A DNA stretch of 64,000 nucleotides from Carcharhinus amblyrhynchos (taxonomy: Eukaryota): assembly GCA_965287045.1 (NCBI GenBank), contig OZ336876.1, positions 1,736,001 to 1,800,000 of the forward strand, written 5' to 3'. A program made the translations under genes and the position numbers. Every line of letters begins with the position of its first letter. The first letter of the stretch is position 1. This document shows positions 39,235-53,600 of this stretch, piece after piece. The notes under the pieces were generated by a model that did no database searches, had not been told where the DNA came from, and saw only the letters and a list, made by a program, of their open reading frames with translations.

Positions 39235-39565
39235 GAAGGCCGAGTGGCGTTATCGCTAGACTGTTAATCCAGAAACTCAACTAATATTTTGGCGTTCGAA
39301 TCTCGCCACGGCAGGTGGTGGAAAGTGCATTCTGTAAAAAAATCTGGAATTAAAAATCTATTGAAGTCTCTTTATCGACTGTCGGGGAACGAAAAAACGT
39401 CTGGCTCATGAATGTCCATTAAGAAATTTGCTGCCCTTATCTCGTCTGACCCACATGTGACTCCAGAGTCACAACAGTGTGATTGACTTTTAATTGCCCT
39501 CGGTTAAGCAAGGGACAGGCAATACATGTTGGCCAACCAGCAACACCCATATCCCAAGAATGAAT
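39235..39565 (+). mobile_element. SacSINE1/DeuSINE-like SINE (more decayed copies at ~13690-14400, 36510-36870, 38880-39170 and 63700-64000)
   Basis: gtggcgttatcgctagactgttaatccagaaactc...gttcgaatctcgccacggcaggtggtggaa...cacatgtgactccagagtcacaacagtgtgattgac...ttggccaaccagcaacacccatatccc. Family assignment is from memory of shark SINE consensus. Confidence 0.65.
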
Positions 39566-40519
39566 TAGAGAGAAAAAGAACATTGGAGACTTTGCACAGT
39601 CCATCACTGCCTCAGTGGTGCAGGATGATGTTAACCTGCATGTTGAGCTCAACTACTTGATGAGAAACTGAGTACTCGCACTGCTCACCCAATGACAAAA
39701 CTGCTACTTCTGACCTATAGACAAGAAATGTGCTAGGTTTTCCGTTGTTTTAACGTAACACCGTCCCACAATGTCAAAATCATTGTCCATTCTATTGCCA
39801 ATTTGAAATGACTCAGACATACATTCGTCGAACGTGGTAAAACAAAATTGGGAGTCAGGAATGATAATACATTTCAAAAGAAAGGGCATTGCTTTAGCAG
39901 TATGTGACCAGGGCACATATCGGAATCGAAGAGCTGGAGGGGCTACTTGAGCCTTTGAACAAGGCTCTGTCATTCAATTAGCTTCACTTTCTGGCCTATA
40001 TCCTGGACTCCTGTGCTTCACAGAATTCTGTCTAAACTGGGCTTGAATATATTCAGTGACCCACTACATCCAGCAGAAATCCACAGAACGACAATTTTTT
40101 TGGAAGAAAAGTTTTCTCCCCATGTTTGTGTTTCAACTGGGAGAACACTTAATGATAAATTATGTTGCCCAGGATGGTCTCACCCCCTAGGGGAAACATC
40201 CCACAGCAATGTGCGTCAACAAATCCCCTCAGGTTCATAAAATCATATAATCCATAAAATGCAGAAAAAAAGGCTATTTGGCCACAGAGCATTCAACCCA
40301 GGCCCTAAGACTGAAACCCTGTGTATTTACTCCATCATCCTTATGACCCACACATTCGGGAAACCATGGGACAATTTCGCACGGCCAACCCACCTAACGT
40401 GCACATCTGTGGAATGTGGAAGGAAACTCCAGCGCCCGGAGGAAACCCACACACTCACAGTCACCCAAAGTCCGAACTGAACCCGGCGTTGTGACGCAGC
40501 AATGTTAACCATCACCTTC

Positions 40520-41700
40520 CTTATATTTTGTAATAAAATCACCTTTCATTCTTCTAAATTCCAATGACATTAAGGTTAACTTGATCAACAGACCTTCAAA
40601 AGGCAACCCTTGTCGGCTAAGAGTGATCTGTGAAGCTTCACCCCAACAAAGTTAAACTAACTCATATTTATCCACGTTATGCCCAATTTGCCCTTCTTTT
40701 TTGCTCGTTGACCTTTTCCTGCCTATATCCCTTTGCAATTTCCAACCTCCATCTGACAACTTAGGTTCCTATCTACTTGACCACAGGGAAATTGCCATAC
40801 ATTTAATCTCTTCATTCAAGTTAACAACACAGAAACAAAGAACCAGAACGGACCTCACTGGCATTCACTACATAACGTTTGCCCAAGACCGACCAAATTA
40901 TCCCTAATCATCTCTACATGCTAACCCACCAAACCTACACCCAGGCAAATACATTGCCCTTCACAGGATGTGTTAGTAACTTGTTTATTGAGTTTTAAAG
41001 TCATACCTGATGAGATCTCCTGCAGATATTCAAATTGAGCAATCTAGAGTATCAGCTTTATCCATCTTGAATGATATTTTCTCAAAAAATAAACTAAATC
41101 ATAGTAGTTAAACACGATTTTCCTTTCACAAAACAATGTCAGTTTGCCTGATCAAATCTTCTTGAAGCAATTATCATGCTATGAACTCCTTAACCGTGGG
41201 TTTCAGCACACTTCCAATGACTGTTGTTAGATCTGTACCTTCCTAGTTTTTAGCTCCTTCTTTGCTTGAAAACATTTCTCACATTAATAATTTTTCAATG
41301 TTTTGGAACCTGTAACCAGTGGATCTGCTACATTTGTTGCCGTTTTTTTTGAGACACTTAGATGCAGAGCTCCTGTGCTCTGTGTGCCTGTCGACTTTAA
41401 TCATTCCCTATTACGTTGCCCTGGTACTGGTGATAGTATTAAGTTAATCCTTATCTAAATACTTCTAATTTTCAAGAAAATTTAGGAGGTTTGCCAGGTT
41501 TTCTACAGTAAAGAAATGCATACAAAATCCAATCGACACCTCCGCCATTGTTTCGTTTCAACACCAATTCCATAAGCTCACTTTCGTGATGACCAATGCT
41601 CCTTAACTTAGTCCTCTTCCATTCCAATTCTTTTACAATATTTGACGGTAGTTTTTTTAAGTTATTGCTGGCTACCATTTTTTCATCCTTCAATTTTTAC
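40520..41700 (-). mobile_element. Highly decayed CR1 LINE
   Basis: Minus-strand CR1 ORF2 remnants, e.g. gtgaaaggaaaatcgtgtttaactac and ggtcaagtagataggaacc. Confidence 0.5.
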
Positions 41701-43059
41701 TTCTGTATTATCTTTTTATATGATACAATATATATAATTCAAATAATTGACTACAAGAACAGCGTTGCGCTATAACACAGTAATATTTCCAATAAGATGG
41801 TGATGAACACCTTCGCCACCCGTAGATGTATTGAAAATTGACATTTCAAACGGAATGCTTTAATGGAGATAAATTTCAAATAGATGTTGAAGCGAGAGAA
41901 ATGCATTAGGGCCAGGAATCAAATAAGCCACTAATACCAAAGGATGTGAATTATTGGACTACTGTGAAGGTGGAGGTTACACACCAATGTATCCTGTGGG
42001 GTTACCACTGGAAAGTAAAGAAATGCGGACTAGTACATAAAGACTGTGTGTGACGAGAGTCAACGGCCGATAATCTCGAAGAGAGTAACTCAACTCCTAA
42101 CTCCCCAAAACGTGTTAATTCCTTATAAAGCACAAGTCAGGAGAGTGATGCAAAACACTCCATTTTCTTGACTCTTTGTTTGCAATAATGTTCTGAAGCT
42201 CGACAGCACCAAGTACAGGGCTCCCCTATTGACTGCCATCCAATCTCTTACGTTATACAGTCCGCCCTCCAACACGGAAGACCAGTGGCAATAGTTTGCA
42301 CCGTCTACCATTTGGACGGCAGCAACTGACTAGTGTTCCTTCAACAACATTCTGCAATTCGGCCGCCTCTACGCTACCGCGAAGAATAGCGTTGGAAGAT
42401 GAATGCAAACACTTCCCCTGCAGGATTCCCCTTAATTTACACACCTTATCGAATTTCAGCCGTATCGCCTCTACTTTACTTTCACTGTGTCAAAATCTGA
42501 GAACTCTCTCCTTAACAGCACTGTTGATGTACCTGCACTACACAAAATATGGCGGTTTGAGATTTACTTCAATGCAGCCTTCTCAATGGAAACTAAACTT
42601 TAAAGTTTAATGCAAACAAAAGATGGTTGTTGTTGGATATCTGGAATTAAAGCAGAAAGTGTTGGATAATTTCAGAAAATCTGGCAGAACTTGTGGAGAG
42701 AACAACGTTTATGTTTCGAGCGTATAAGACCTATTTAAATGTTTCTGAGTGAGTGCGAACACCCAATTCATCCTATGTCGCAACTTAGAAACTTGTCTAG
42801 AATATTACCTCTAAAGGCATTCTGACTGGTTTACCCTTCTCTTCCTTTTGTATTGGAGAAATTACACTCCAGAAGTGGCTCACTGACCGTAAAGCTATTT
42901 CGGACATATTAATGTCGTGAAGGCTCATAAATAGAGGTAAGTGTTTTGGATCATTTATTTTACTTTATTTTATTTTTGGTCGCGTATAGACTATCTGCAG
43001 AAATAGCAATCATGTCACACATTTAACTTGGAGGTCATCTGCTTCGTTTTATCCAATAC

Positions 43060-43340
43060 ATAACTCTCCCCTCCTCTCGCCATCCATCTCTCCCACCTCA
43101 CCTCTTTTGCTCACACACACGCACACACACTCACACACTGTGTCCCTCTGTCTCTGTCTGTCTGTCTACCTGTCTCAATGCCCCCTCTACCTCTCCCTCC
43201 ATAGTCCTGCCTTCCCTTCTCTCTCTTTAACTGTCCCTTTGACTCTGTATTGCTCAGTATTGCCCATCTCTTCTCTCTTTCTCTCTTATTCTCTCCGTGT
43301 CTCTCTTTCTCTTTCTCGCTCCCCATCTTTCTCTCCCTAG
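43060..43340. repeat. CT-rich/CA low-complexity tract
   Basis: Direct inspection. Confidence 0.8.
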
Positions 43341-43769
43341 TACCCACACTTTCGTTGAATTGACAATTTTTTTTGTAGTCAAACATGCACACATCTCAAG
43401 GAACCACAATATGCTGCAGTTAGCTGGTACTGTTGGAGAAAAAAAATGACATGCTGTCAATCCTTTTCCTCTTGGACTCATCAGAATAGAGTCATAAGAA
43501 TACTAAATTTCAAAGGAAGCAACAATGTTTTTCCTGTGGAAATGCTATCCTTGTTCATTTGTCCTGATGAGTGCAGGATAAAACGTTTCAATAAATATTT
43601 AAGTTCTGTAAAGGCAAGCGATGATTGAAAGTGAGTACAATGTTGACAATTTTGTTCGATGCCATGAGAAATGGACCTTAGCCATAGGCATTATCCACGC
43701 CCTTGTAACTGCCTCCTGCTAATCTAATGCCGCGTGCTACCCTGGAGTTATATCAAAGGGGAGTACGTG

Positions 43770-44610
43770 TGTTTTATTCATTGGAAGGACATGGGTGTGG
43801 CTGGCTAGTCGAGAACTTATTGACCAGCCCTAGTTGCACTTGAGAACGTGGTGTTGTGCTGTCTTCTTAAGTCGCTGTTGTCCCCGAGGTTCTGTTACAT
43901 ACATCCTGCTGTTAGAGAGGGAGATCAAATACATTGGACAGTGGAAAAACAATGATATATTTCCAAATCAATATGGTGATCTGCATGTGGCGGTGTTCTC
44001 AGATAGCTGCTGCTCTTGACGTTCTCGATTCTAGTGGTGGTGGGGTTGAAAAGTGCTCTCGAATGATTCTTTACTGGTTTCTGCAATGTAGATGTAACTT
44101 ACACATGACTGCCACTTTTGGAGAAATTGATAGTTTGTGGAAAAGGTAACACACAATCGGGACTTTAATTTAGGATGCCGTTGAGCTTCTTGAATATTTT
44201 TGGAACTGTACTCATGCAGGGATTAGGAGAGTATTCCATTACACTCCTGACTTGCGCCTTGTAGGTGTTGGACAGGGAGTCATGGGTGAGTTACTCATGA
44301 CAGGAGTCCTAGCCTCTGACCTGCTTTGGTAACCACAATATTTATGTAGCTGGATCCAGTGCAGTTTCTAGTCAATGGTATGCCACAGGATGTTGATCGA
44401 GGTGCATTCAGAAAAGGTAATATCATTAAATGTTAAGGGGTGATGTTTAAATACAATCTTGTTTGAGATGGTTGCTGCCTGGCACTTCTCTGTTATAAAT
44501 GTCACTTGCTACTTGACAATTCAAGCCTGCATATTTTCCAGGTCTTGCTGCACTTGGCCAAGAACTATTGCAGTATCTGTGAAGCCGCAAATGATGGCCT
44601 TATGGAACAG
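43770..44610 (-). mobile_element. Decayed LINE 3' fragment (same family as 24360-25960 and 41950-42600)
   Basis: ggagagtattccattacactcctgacttgcgccttgtagg...ttctagtcaatggta...gttgctgcctggcacttc. Confidence 0.6.
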
Positions 44611-45404
44611 GTTAGGTCTAAACCGTTTCGAAGCCAGAAGAGTGGGAAGTAATACAATTGAAATGTAAAGTCCTACAGTATTGTATAAGATATAGAGTGA
44701 GAGGACGTCTCCACGTTTGGGGGAATCTGGAACCAGAAGATAGTTTAAGAATAATTACGATCCTCTGGAGGTAGAGTTGAGGAGATATTTCTCATTCTCT
44801 CAGATGGTTAGTTTTTGGAACTTTCTCCCACAAAACAAAAAAAAAGAGGGCTGGCTCATTGTTTACAATCAAGAGTGATTTGGATTCGCAAGACATTCGA
44901 TTGACAATTGACATTGGATTGACAAGAAGGTCAAGGATCACATGTGTGGAAAGTGAGATGGAGGTGAGACTAAAACAAGATCAGTCATGATTTTAAAATA
45001 TGGTGGAGTAAGACCAAAGGTCCGACTGACGTAGTCCTGTTCTAAGGTCCAATGTTCTGCCTTAATGGCAACTCGGCCTCGGAAGCAATTCTGTTTGTGT
45101 TCGTGCTCTGCCTATCCTTACTTTACTTGACGCTGCATCCAAAAGACATTTAGTCCCGTTTATGGGGAAATCTGTTTTATTAAGTCCAAATCATATCCCT
45201 CATTTACAAAGGTAACGTTAAATTTATTCTGCACCTCTCTTAGATTGTGATTGGAAATTTCCTGACTGGATGTTTCAAGCTGTCTTTCTCGCAATAAAAC
45301 ATCAGTCCTCGATCATCTGCGATCATTTTCTCAATGTATTGCTTTTAATCATGTTTTTGGCTATCTCTCCACTACCTCCAGGTTTTGAATTCAGGGAACT
45401 ACTT

Positions 45405-46835
45405 GATTTGATTTGATTTGATTAATTATTGTCACATCTATTAACATACGGTGAAAAGTATTGTTTTGTGCGCACTATACAGACAAAATATACCGTTCAT
45501 AGAGAAGGAAACGAGAGAGTGCAGAATAAAGTGTTTCAGTCATCGCTAGGGTGTAGAGAAAGATCGACTTAACGCAAAGTAAATCCATTCAAAAATCTGA
45601 TGGCGGCAGGGAAGAAGCTGTTCTTGAGTTGGTTCAACGTGACTTCAGACTTCTGTATCTTTTTCCCAAAGGAAGAAGGCGGAAGAGAGAATGTCCGATG
45701 TGCGAGGGGTTCTTAACTATGCTGGCTGCTTTGCTGAGGCAGCGGGAATTGTAGACAGAGTCAATGGATGGGAGGGTGCTTTGCGTGATGGATTGAGCGA
45801 CATTCACAACCTTTTGTAGCTTTTTGCAGTCTTGGGCAGATCAGGAGCCACACCAAGCTGTGATACAACCAGAAAGAATGCTTTCTATATGCATCTGAAG
45901 AAGTTGGTGAGAGTTGTAGCTGATATGCCAAATTTCCTTCATCTGATGAGAAAGATGGTGGGCATTCTTAACTATAGCATCAGCATGGTGGAAGCGGCTG
46001 GAGGCGGGGTGGGGTTAGTGGGAAGGGAGGTGAATGGGTTGGGGGAGCTGGAAAACAGGACAGTTTGTTGGTGAGCTGGGCATCGAAAAACGTGGAGCTC
46101 TCGACCGTTTTAACTTCGTCCCGATGATGTAGACAAGGACATGTTCTCCTCTACGCTTTCTGAAGTCGAAGACAATTTCCTGTGTTTTGCTGACATGAGG
46201 GACAAATTATTGTTGTTGCGCCAGTTCACCAGATTCTCTATCTCATTCCTGCATCTCTGTTCGAGATTCGACCCACTACGGTGGTGTCGTCAGCAAACTT
46301 GAACATTGAATTGGAGGAGAATTTGACCGCACAATCGTAGGTGTGTAAGGAGTATAGTAGGGAGCTGAGAACATAGTGTTGTGGGACACCGGTGTGGAAG
46401 CTGTTCGTGGAGGAGGTGTCGTCGCCTATTCTTACTGATTGTGTCTGTGAGTTAGGAAGTTCACGATCCAATCGGAGAGGGAGGTGCTGTGACCCAGGCC
46501 ACGGAGTTGGAGATGAGTTTCGTGGGAATAATAGTGTTGGAGGCTGAGCTGTAGTTAATAAATAGGAGTATGACATCGGTGTCGTTGTTATCTAGGTGTT
46601 CCAGGATTGAGCGCAGGGCCAGGGAAATGGTATCTGTTGTGGCGGTACGTTAACTGTAATGGATCCAGGTAGTCCAGGAAGCTGAAATTGATTCTTGCCA
46701 TGATGAATCTTTCGAAGCACTTCATAATGATGGATGTCAGAGCCATCAATCGATACTCATTAAGGCATGTCACTTGGTTTTTCTTAGGTACCGGGATGAT
46801 GGTTGTCTTCTTGAAACAGATAAGGATCTCAAATT
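45405..46835 (-). mobile_element. Rex1/Babar-like LINE, 5'-truncated, with RT relic
   Basis: IIPVPKK...[26 protein letters not shown]...LSSLLYSLHTYDC...KFADDTTVVGRISN; (ttgat)n tail at 45403-45423. Confidence 0.9.
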
Positions 46836-47319
46836 TTTGTAAATCCTGACTACGCAATAATTATGAAATATCAACGGGCAATTTTATTTCCTGCATCTTC
46901 AGTACAACAATCAAGTTCAGTCCATTCGATGTATGCCTAACATTCAATTATCTGTCATCAAAGGAATTGAATATGCTGTAGGCCGCACCACATTGGGTAA
47001 AAGTTAAGATGTGCATTGTGATCAAATGATCTAAAAGCAAATTCAGAACCCCAAAGATATAGAAAACATAATTAATGTTGGACGTCTAATCTCTTCCATT
47101 CCACAATTCCAAAATCAAACCAATGTTTTTCTTTTCACCACCGAGGTCTCAACTCATGCCCACAGCCTTCCAAAACGGTGAACATGAGGAAGTGCTGGGT
47201 GGACTCAGCACTGAACGGGTCTGGATGGGGAAGCGACGGTTGTATGAAGTGCTGTAACGATGCTATTATCTGTATTGTAAAAAGATTCCATTCTTATTTA
47301 CCTCGATAGACTGTAAGAT

Positions 47320-47870
47320 CACAACACAGAAGCAAATGCAAGTCATTCGGCCTATGGAGTCTGCTCGGCCATTCAATGAGATTGTGACTAATCTAATATG
47401 ATAATCCCCAACTCCCACTCTCCTCCATCCCCATTTCCCTTGGTTCCCTTAATAATTAAAATTCTGTCTGCTTCAGCACTGAACATATTTTCCGACCCAA
47501 CATTTACCACTCTCTGCAATAACAAATTCCGTAGATTCACTATCCTCTGAAAGGAGAAAATTCTCAACATCTCTGTCTTCAATGGAGGATCCCCTTACTT
47601 GATGTTATGTCCTGTGATCTTAGACTCTGCCACAAGTTGAAAACAGTCAATCAGCATCTATGCGATCAAGCCACCATCCCCTACCCCTCCGCGAATCTTA
47701 TGTGTCTCAATAATGTCACGTCTCATTCTTCTACACTACACTGAATACAGGTATGAACTGTTCAACTTCTTCTCATAAGAAAATCCCTCCAGCCCTACGA
47801 TCACAATAACGAATCGGTGGACCATCCCCAATGCCAGTAAATTTTTGCTTAGTTAAGGGAACAAAACGGT
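47320..47870 (-). mobile_element. CR1 3' fragment
   Basis: FSFQRIVNLRNLL motif; tail cattcggcctatggagtctgctcggccattcaatgag. Confidence 0.7.
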
Positions 47871-48144
47871 TGTGAAAAAGCAATCATCGGATGTTGGAAA
47901 CATGACGCTGAACAATGGGCAAAGTTGCACTTGACTCAGTTTATTGTGCATCAAGATACCTGAAAAGAGAATAGAGCGGCCTTAAGGCAACATACATGAT
48001 TGTTCCTTGTTTGCAGGAGCCAACATTCTGGTAAGGCATACTTAACGAGAAAAAAACAACAAAAAAGTGATTCCTAGGAGCTAATATAACAAGAAGAAAC
48101 TCATTCAGTGGTGAGCCTGCATGGCAGCATGTTGGAAAGAAAAC

Positions 48145-48512
48145 ATAAAAATTCTACAGTTTAGAAGGAGGCCATTCACCAGTGACTCTCTGGAAGTGCA
48201 CTCCGAGACTCACTGTCCCACTTTATCACTTTAACCCTGCGCATAACCAGTCAACCCGATTGCCCTTCTTTTGACACTAATAGTGAATTTGCTGTGCATA
48301 ATCCACCTAATGTACACATTGTTGAACACTATGGGTCATTCCACGCAACTTGCTCAATTTTATTCTATGGGTGGAAGCCAGATCAGTAAAGGAAACTCAT
48401 GCAGATCCGGGGACAACGTGCAATTTCCACACAGTGACCCAAAGGCAGAAGGGAACCCTGGTCCACTGAGCTGTAAGGCAGCAGCGTTAATCACTGTGCC
48501 ACCGCGTTGCCC
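48145..48512 (-). mobile_element. Decayed HE1-like SINE (another at ~40250-40515)
   Basis: gctgtaaggcagcagcgttaatcactgtgccaccgcgttgccc head; gaaggaggccattc tail. Confidence 0.65.
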
Positions 48513-49161
48513 TTGATCTCCCTCTTTCACTCACTCTTTATCACACTGGCACACAGACACTGAAAGCTATTCCGAGAATAAAGTCGAAATATTGTTTTAC
48601 CAAAATTTGGCATGACACGTATCTGCTTTTTGGCTCCGTTAAAAGTTGTCAGATATAACAAAGAAGAAAGAAAATTAAAGCACAGGAACAGGCCCTAGCC
48701 TGGACCAATCATGCTACCCGACTGAACTAAAACCCCTTACTCTCCCGGGGATCAAAAGTTATTGCATTTTACATGTGTTATGTTCACCTTTCATTCTCTT
48801 CCTGATTCTTTACGACAGAATGTAGTCCATTACTAACGTTGCCTGTTAAGAGAGTGGAAGTAGATGCCTTTGAGAAAGTTGTTGAGAGAAGTGATTCATT
48901 GTCGGCAACTTCTCTTTGACATGAATACCTATGAAGCTTTGTAAATCCATTAAATTCTAATTACTAGCGTATACATAACATTCCTTTGGATAAAGTATCT
49001 ATTGTCGACTTTACTACAGCCAATTGTAATGTTAAGCTCCCATTCAATATTATAAAGTCAATGTCACATGAGAGTTGCATGTTGTGGCCATGAGGTGGCG
49101 CTGTGAAGTAATAAAATCTAAATACAGATTTCTCCTTCCCCAGGCCATCTGTATTTTAATG

Positions 49162-49430
49162 TTAGAAACATTTTTTGTTGCTGAAAGTGAGACACGTTAC
49201 TGTACCATTCAGCACAAATCCAAGCGTGTCTGATTTCGTAAGGTTGTGAGGATTTAATGTCAAAGCAGAAATAATGTATGGCAAGCCAACCCTACTTGGC
49301 TGGATGTTTCCATGGAGAAGGCACAGGAAATCTCGAGGTTGTCCGGGCTCCTGAAGCCAATTAGCTCCCATTTTTATGTGTGGTGAAAATTTCTGCAATC
49401 GTTTGAAATTTTGCATTCTTGCCTTTGTCC
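49162..49430 (-). pseudogene. Possible decayed Ig V-set exon relic
   Basis: Translation NWLQEPGQPRDFL...GLP...LTLNPHNLTKSDT, then ICAEW in a shifted frame, resembles W-x-Q-x-PG...L-x-I-x-N-L...D...Y-x-C. The first Cys is absent and there is no canonical RSS. Confidence 0.3.
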
Positions 49431-50522
49431 TGACATGTTCAAGAAAAAAAACTTTGGCAACAAGTCTCACTTAACAATAATATTCGCATTCTGTACTAGC
49501 AAGAGGCAATTTATATCCACTGTCAGCCTGCAGGATATCTCAATACAATGTATTTTAATTGAAAAAAAACACGTATTGTAATGGAATGTTGCACTAAATA
49601 ACAGAAGTGGGTCACTTGGACCTTCGGGCCTGTTCTACCACACAGCAAGAAGGTAGATATGGTTGGCGCTCTGACTGTGGCCTCAATTCGACTTTACCGT
49701 GAAATACAAACTCCTGTTACACGCTTCCTCACCCTCACTACCCACCGCCCCCCCTTCCTCAACTCATACACACACACGCAAACACGCATACCAGCACACC
49801 CCTCACACAACATAACATTTGAATATTGCCTATCCGAAAAGTGCCTAAAACTGCCTGAACTAAATTCAATGACTCAGTTCAAGTCTTGTGCGAATCTGGG
49901 AGCCTTGGTCATGCTCTGTTAGAGTCGCTCCCTCTATCTGTGTCAGTTACATTTGTTTTAGTTATTAGTCGATGAATCCCATCGTTAGGGATTCACCTTG
50001 TATCCTTTTTGTAAACTCGCTCTATTGGCAGAAAGATATGTTGCTCCATCATTTTTGGATGGGGAATAATCGTTGGAAATGTGTAATTTTGAATAAACGG
50101 AAGACCATATTTTGTACAGAATTAAGACGAATTTCACATTTTCTTGCACTTCAGTGTAATTTGTTCCGTTTAAGTAAAATGAGAGATAGCTTCTTTCTGG
50201 TGTACGTTAAGCATTGGAGGGAGCCAAAAGGGAATAGTTTTTAGTGCATCCTTTCACTTGCAACTGGTTTTATCGTTATCGCTGCTACCGATGTGGTCTC
50301 ATCTATGGTGCCGAGACTAAATGTATATTTGGTGGCTTCGCTCAGTCTGATCCCTTACAAGCCATAGATTGGAAACAGTAGTCTGACCACTCTTGTGCCA
50401 AAAAGGCCGGAGTTCACTCATTCATTGCAATAATAGCGAAAAAAAAAAGGAACGATAGATCTACAGAGAGAGACAGGCGAAAAGAAACTGAGGCAAAGCT
50501 ACAGAGAGGGATAGGGAGAAAG

Positions 50523-50597
50523 ACACATACACGTACGCACACACACACACACAAACACACACGCACACACAAGCATGCACACAGACACACGCACATG

Positions 50598-50676
<79 letters not shown>
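50523..50676. repeat. Long (CA)n microsatellite with a pure core at ~50601-50676
   Basis: Direct inspection. Confidence 0.95.
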
Positions 50677-50683
<7 letters not shown>

Positions 50684-53600
50684 GTTCTTCATTCGGATGA
50701 TACCTTCAATGAAGAAACACGAGCAAGGCATGGAAATACGGTCTGGATTTCTTAGAGAAATGAAGTAATGATTCAATATAAGAGTTTGAAATCATTGAGG
50801 GAAGATATTAGTTAGAAAAAATAGGTTTCTTCAAGGGACGGGCTGCTATAAAAAGGCACTGTAATGTAATGTCTATTAATTTATACCAAAGCAAACTGCT
50901 GCTGATGCTGGAATCTAAAACAAATACAGAAACATGCTGGAAAATCGATAAAAGTCTACAGCATCTTTGAAGATGTATTTGGGCAGAGTGCAAAAAAATC
51001 ACATTTTCTTTAGACACCGTTGTGGGACTTAGGATTGCAGTAATGGAGGTAGTGATAGAAATACGTACAGGGTCAACATTAGATGCTAATTCAGGTAGTG
51101 ACTGAAGGTAGGACTGAAATTGAATTTCTGCAGAACAGTCAACATCGTTAAAGATTAGAAAGGGAACAGCCCATTCTTGTACACCCATCACAAAAGATAA
51201 TTGTGCAGGAAGTGCACGTAATTAGGAAGGAGAGTTGCATGTTGCCTTCATTGCATGGGGCATGCAAAATGCAACTGCAACTATTTTCTTACGACTGAAC
51301 TGGAAATTGGTGAGGTGACACACAGAGTATTCTTCTGGTCTTTTTAATTACGAACGGACAGCTAGCATTGTACGCATTTCAGAGGCACTGATTCCTGGCA
51401 CAAAGTGTGACCTTGTTGGGGAAAGGGTCTAAGCTAATTGGAGATGAGAAGGACGTAACATGTTCTGATTGAAATATCTATGGTGCTGTGGATACTTGAA
51501 GTACTAACTATTGAAGTGATGTTTCCCTTCATGGGTGATGCCGAGATGTTGGGGGTACGCTTCCTGAATAACTGGTCAACATCAAAAACTGAGCCGTGAG
51601 AATCTCTTGTATCAGCGGGTCCTGGGTCATTGCAATTTGTTTCCATCAGACTGCATTAGAGACAGTATCATTTTCATCTTGCATGTTGAGTTAGACAGGT
51701 TTTTGATCGACAAATGAGTCAAGGGTTATGAGGAATAGAGAGGAAAGTGGATTAATAGTCACACTCAGTGCACCCATGGTTTGGTTGCATCTACTGATTT
51801 TAACTGGATGATAAACAATTTCACTCAGTAACAAAACACACAGAGCATGTTGCAAATTTCCGTTTGTTATTTCTTCGTTAAGGGTTACAGAGGAATTACA
51901 ACACCACAATTTCAACACGAAAACTAGCCATTCGTAATAACCAGTCGACTGTTGTTGAACAGCCTGAACCCTTCAATTGTAATGGTTCCTTGTTTTAGTT
52001 TTGCATTGAGCATTTATAATTTAAAACAAACATCGATGATATCTTTACGCTTTTAGCTTTTAAAGTCCTAGAAAAAGGAATACTAATATTTTAAACAACT
52101 CGCATTTGAAGATGGGGATTTTATTAACATTTGCTAAGGATTAACTTCAAAATGTGTAGTGACAAGATGTGAAATGAGAATTCTTTCAGGACAAATAGGC
52201 TGCCGAGAGTAAAGCATTTAAGGATTGGTGCAAAATGTACGGGAATGCGGGGTGAGGGGGGTCGGGGGGAGGGGTGGGGGGGGGAAGGTGGACAGGAGTT
52301 GGAGTGGGATAATAATGATGTCAGGAATATAGCGGACCGAACGCTAAGATATGCAATTAGCAGCGTGAGTTAGGTAACGGCTGGCACCAACTCCAAAGAT
52401 AAAAGGAAGGTGAGTGGGGGAAATGGAGGATTAGAATTGTAGGGGCTGGAAGAATTTACAGAAGCAGGAAGAGAGAAGTGCAAATGAACAATTTGATCAA
52501 GAGGATGTGAATTGAAAGGGACTGCAGGAGGTTGAAGAGATAGAGAGGTGGTTCAAACCTAACAACGTATTACAAAATCGAAATGTAGAACAGGGGAGTC
52601 AAAGTTCTGGATGAGCTCAAAGAAAATAATGATGAAAATGTTGACGAGGTGAGAATTGGAGAGAAACAATCAAAGCGACAATAAAGTGTAGATCACTTCT
52701 TAATGAATAAAAACGAAAAAAAAAGTTTGCAGAATTTATCCAAAACTCCGAGCTAGACTTTCTTCATTTCAAGACTTTTGGGAGAGATTTTCAAATAAAA
52801 ATAAACATTTCTGCCATTAATACTATTTTGAGAAGATTTTCAAACGTAGGGAATTTCACCAATTAGCAACAGATTGCAGTTGACTGGAATATGGAGAATA
52901 GGCTTCAGACAATAACTAGAAATTGTGAAGCAATGACCTTCTGTCTGTTTGAGACTGACATCAGTATCTACTTATTAAACTAGGAAAACCTTGTGCAAAC
53001 GGAAATTGGTGACTTGGATATAACGTGATGTGCAGAATTTTCTTTATTGGTAACTGATTTCTACAATCAGAAGGCAGTTTCTAAGGAAGGAAAGAAAGTC
53101 CTCCAGCAGACATCGCTGTTATAGAAAAACGTGTCACATACACTAAGGTTCCAATATGCCTTCATCAGCTTTTAACCAAGACTCCTCTTTCCTTGTGGCC
53201 CATTTCCCATCTCCAATCGGCAATCTTATTTCCAGTCATTTAACTCTTTCTGACAAATTTGTCCCCAACTTTTCCAGGAATCCCCGATTGAACCTTCCCA
53301 TTAATGGTTTATATCCAGCAGGAGTAGAATGTTCAGATTTTTCCCCAGGAAAATCTTTGGTACCTTCATTGTCCAGTGAGCTCCAACTTCTGAATCTCGA
53401 GAAAGATCCTCCTGCTGGTTCAACCTTTCTGGTCAGGTCTCAGGAGTAGTTTGGAGTCAGAGTTCTTTTTTCACGTGAACAACATCATCCATCGCAACAT
53501 AGAAATGTTAATGGCAGAACGAGGCATTGTCGTCTGCGAACCTGAGCTCAGATAGACCAAATTAACTTGGACCACACACTCACGCCTTTTTAGGAGCCCA

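Noticed and set aside
53156-53449. 97-aa ORF, largely open on both strands
   Set aside because: No recognisable motif, splice context or family similarity.
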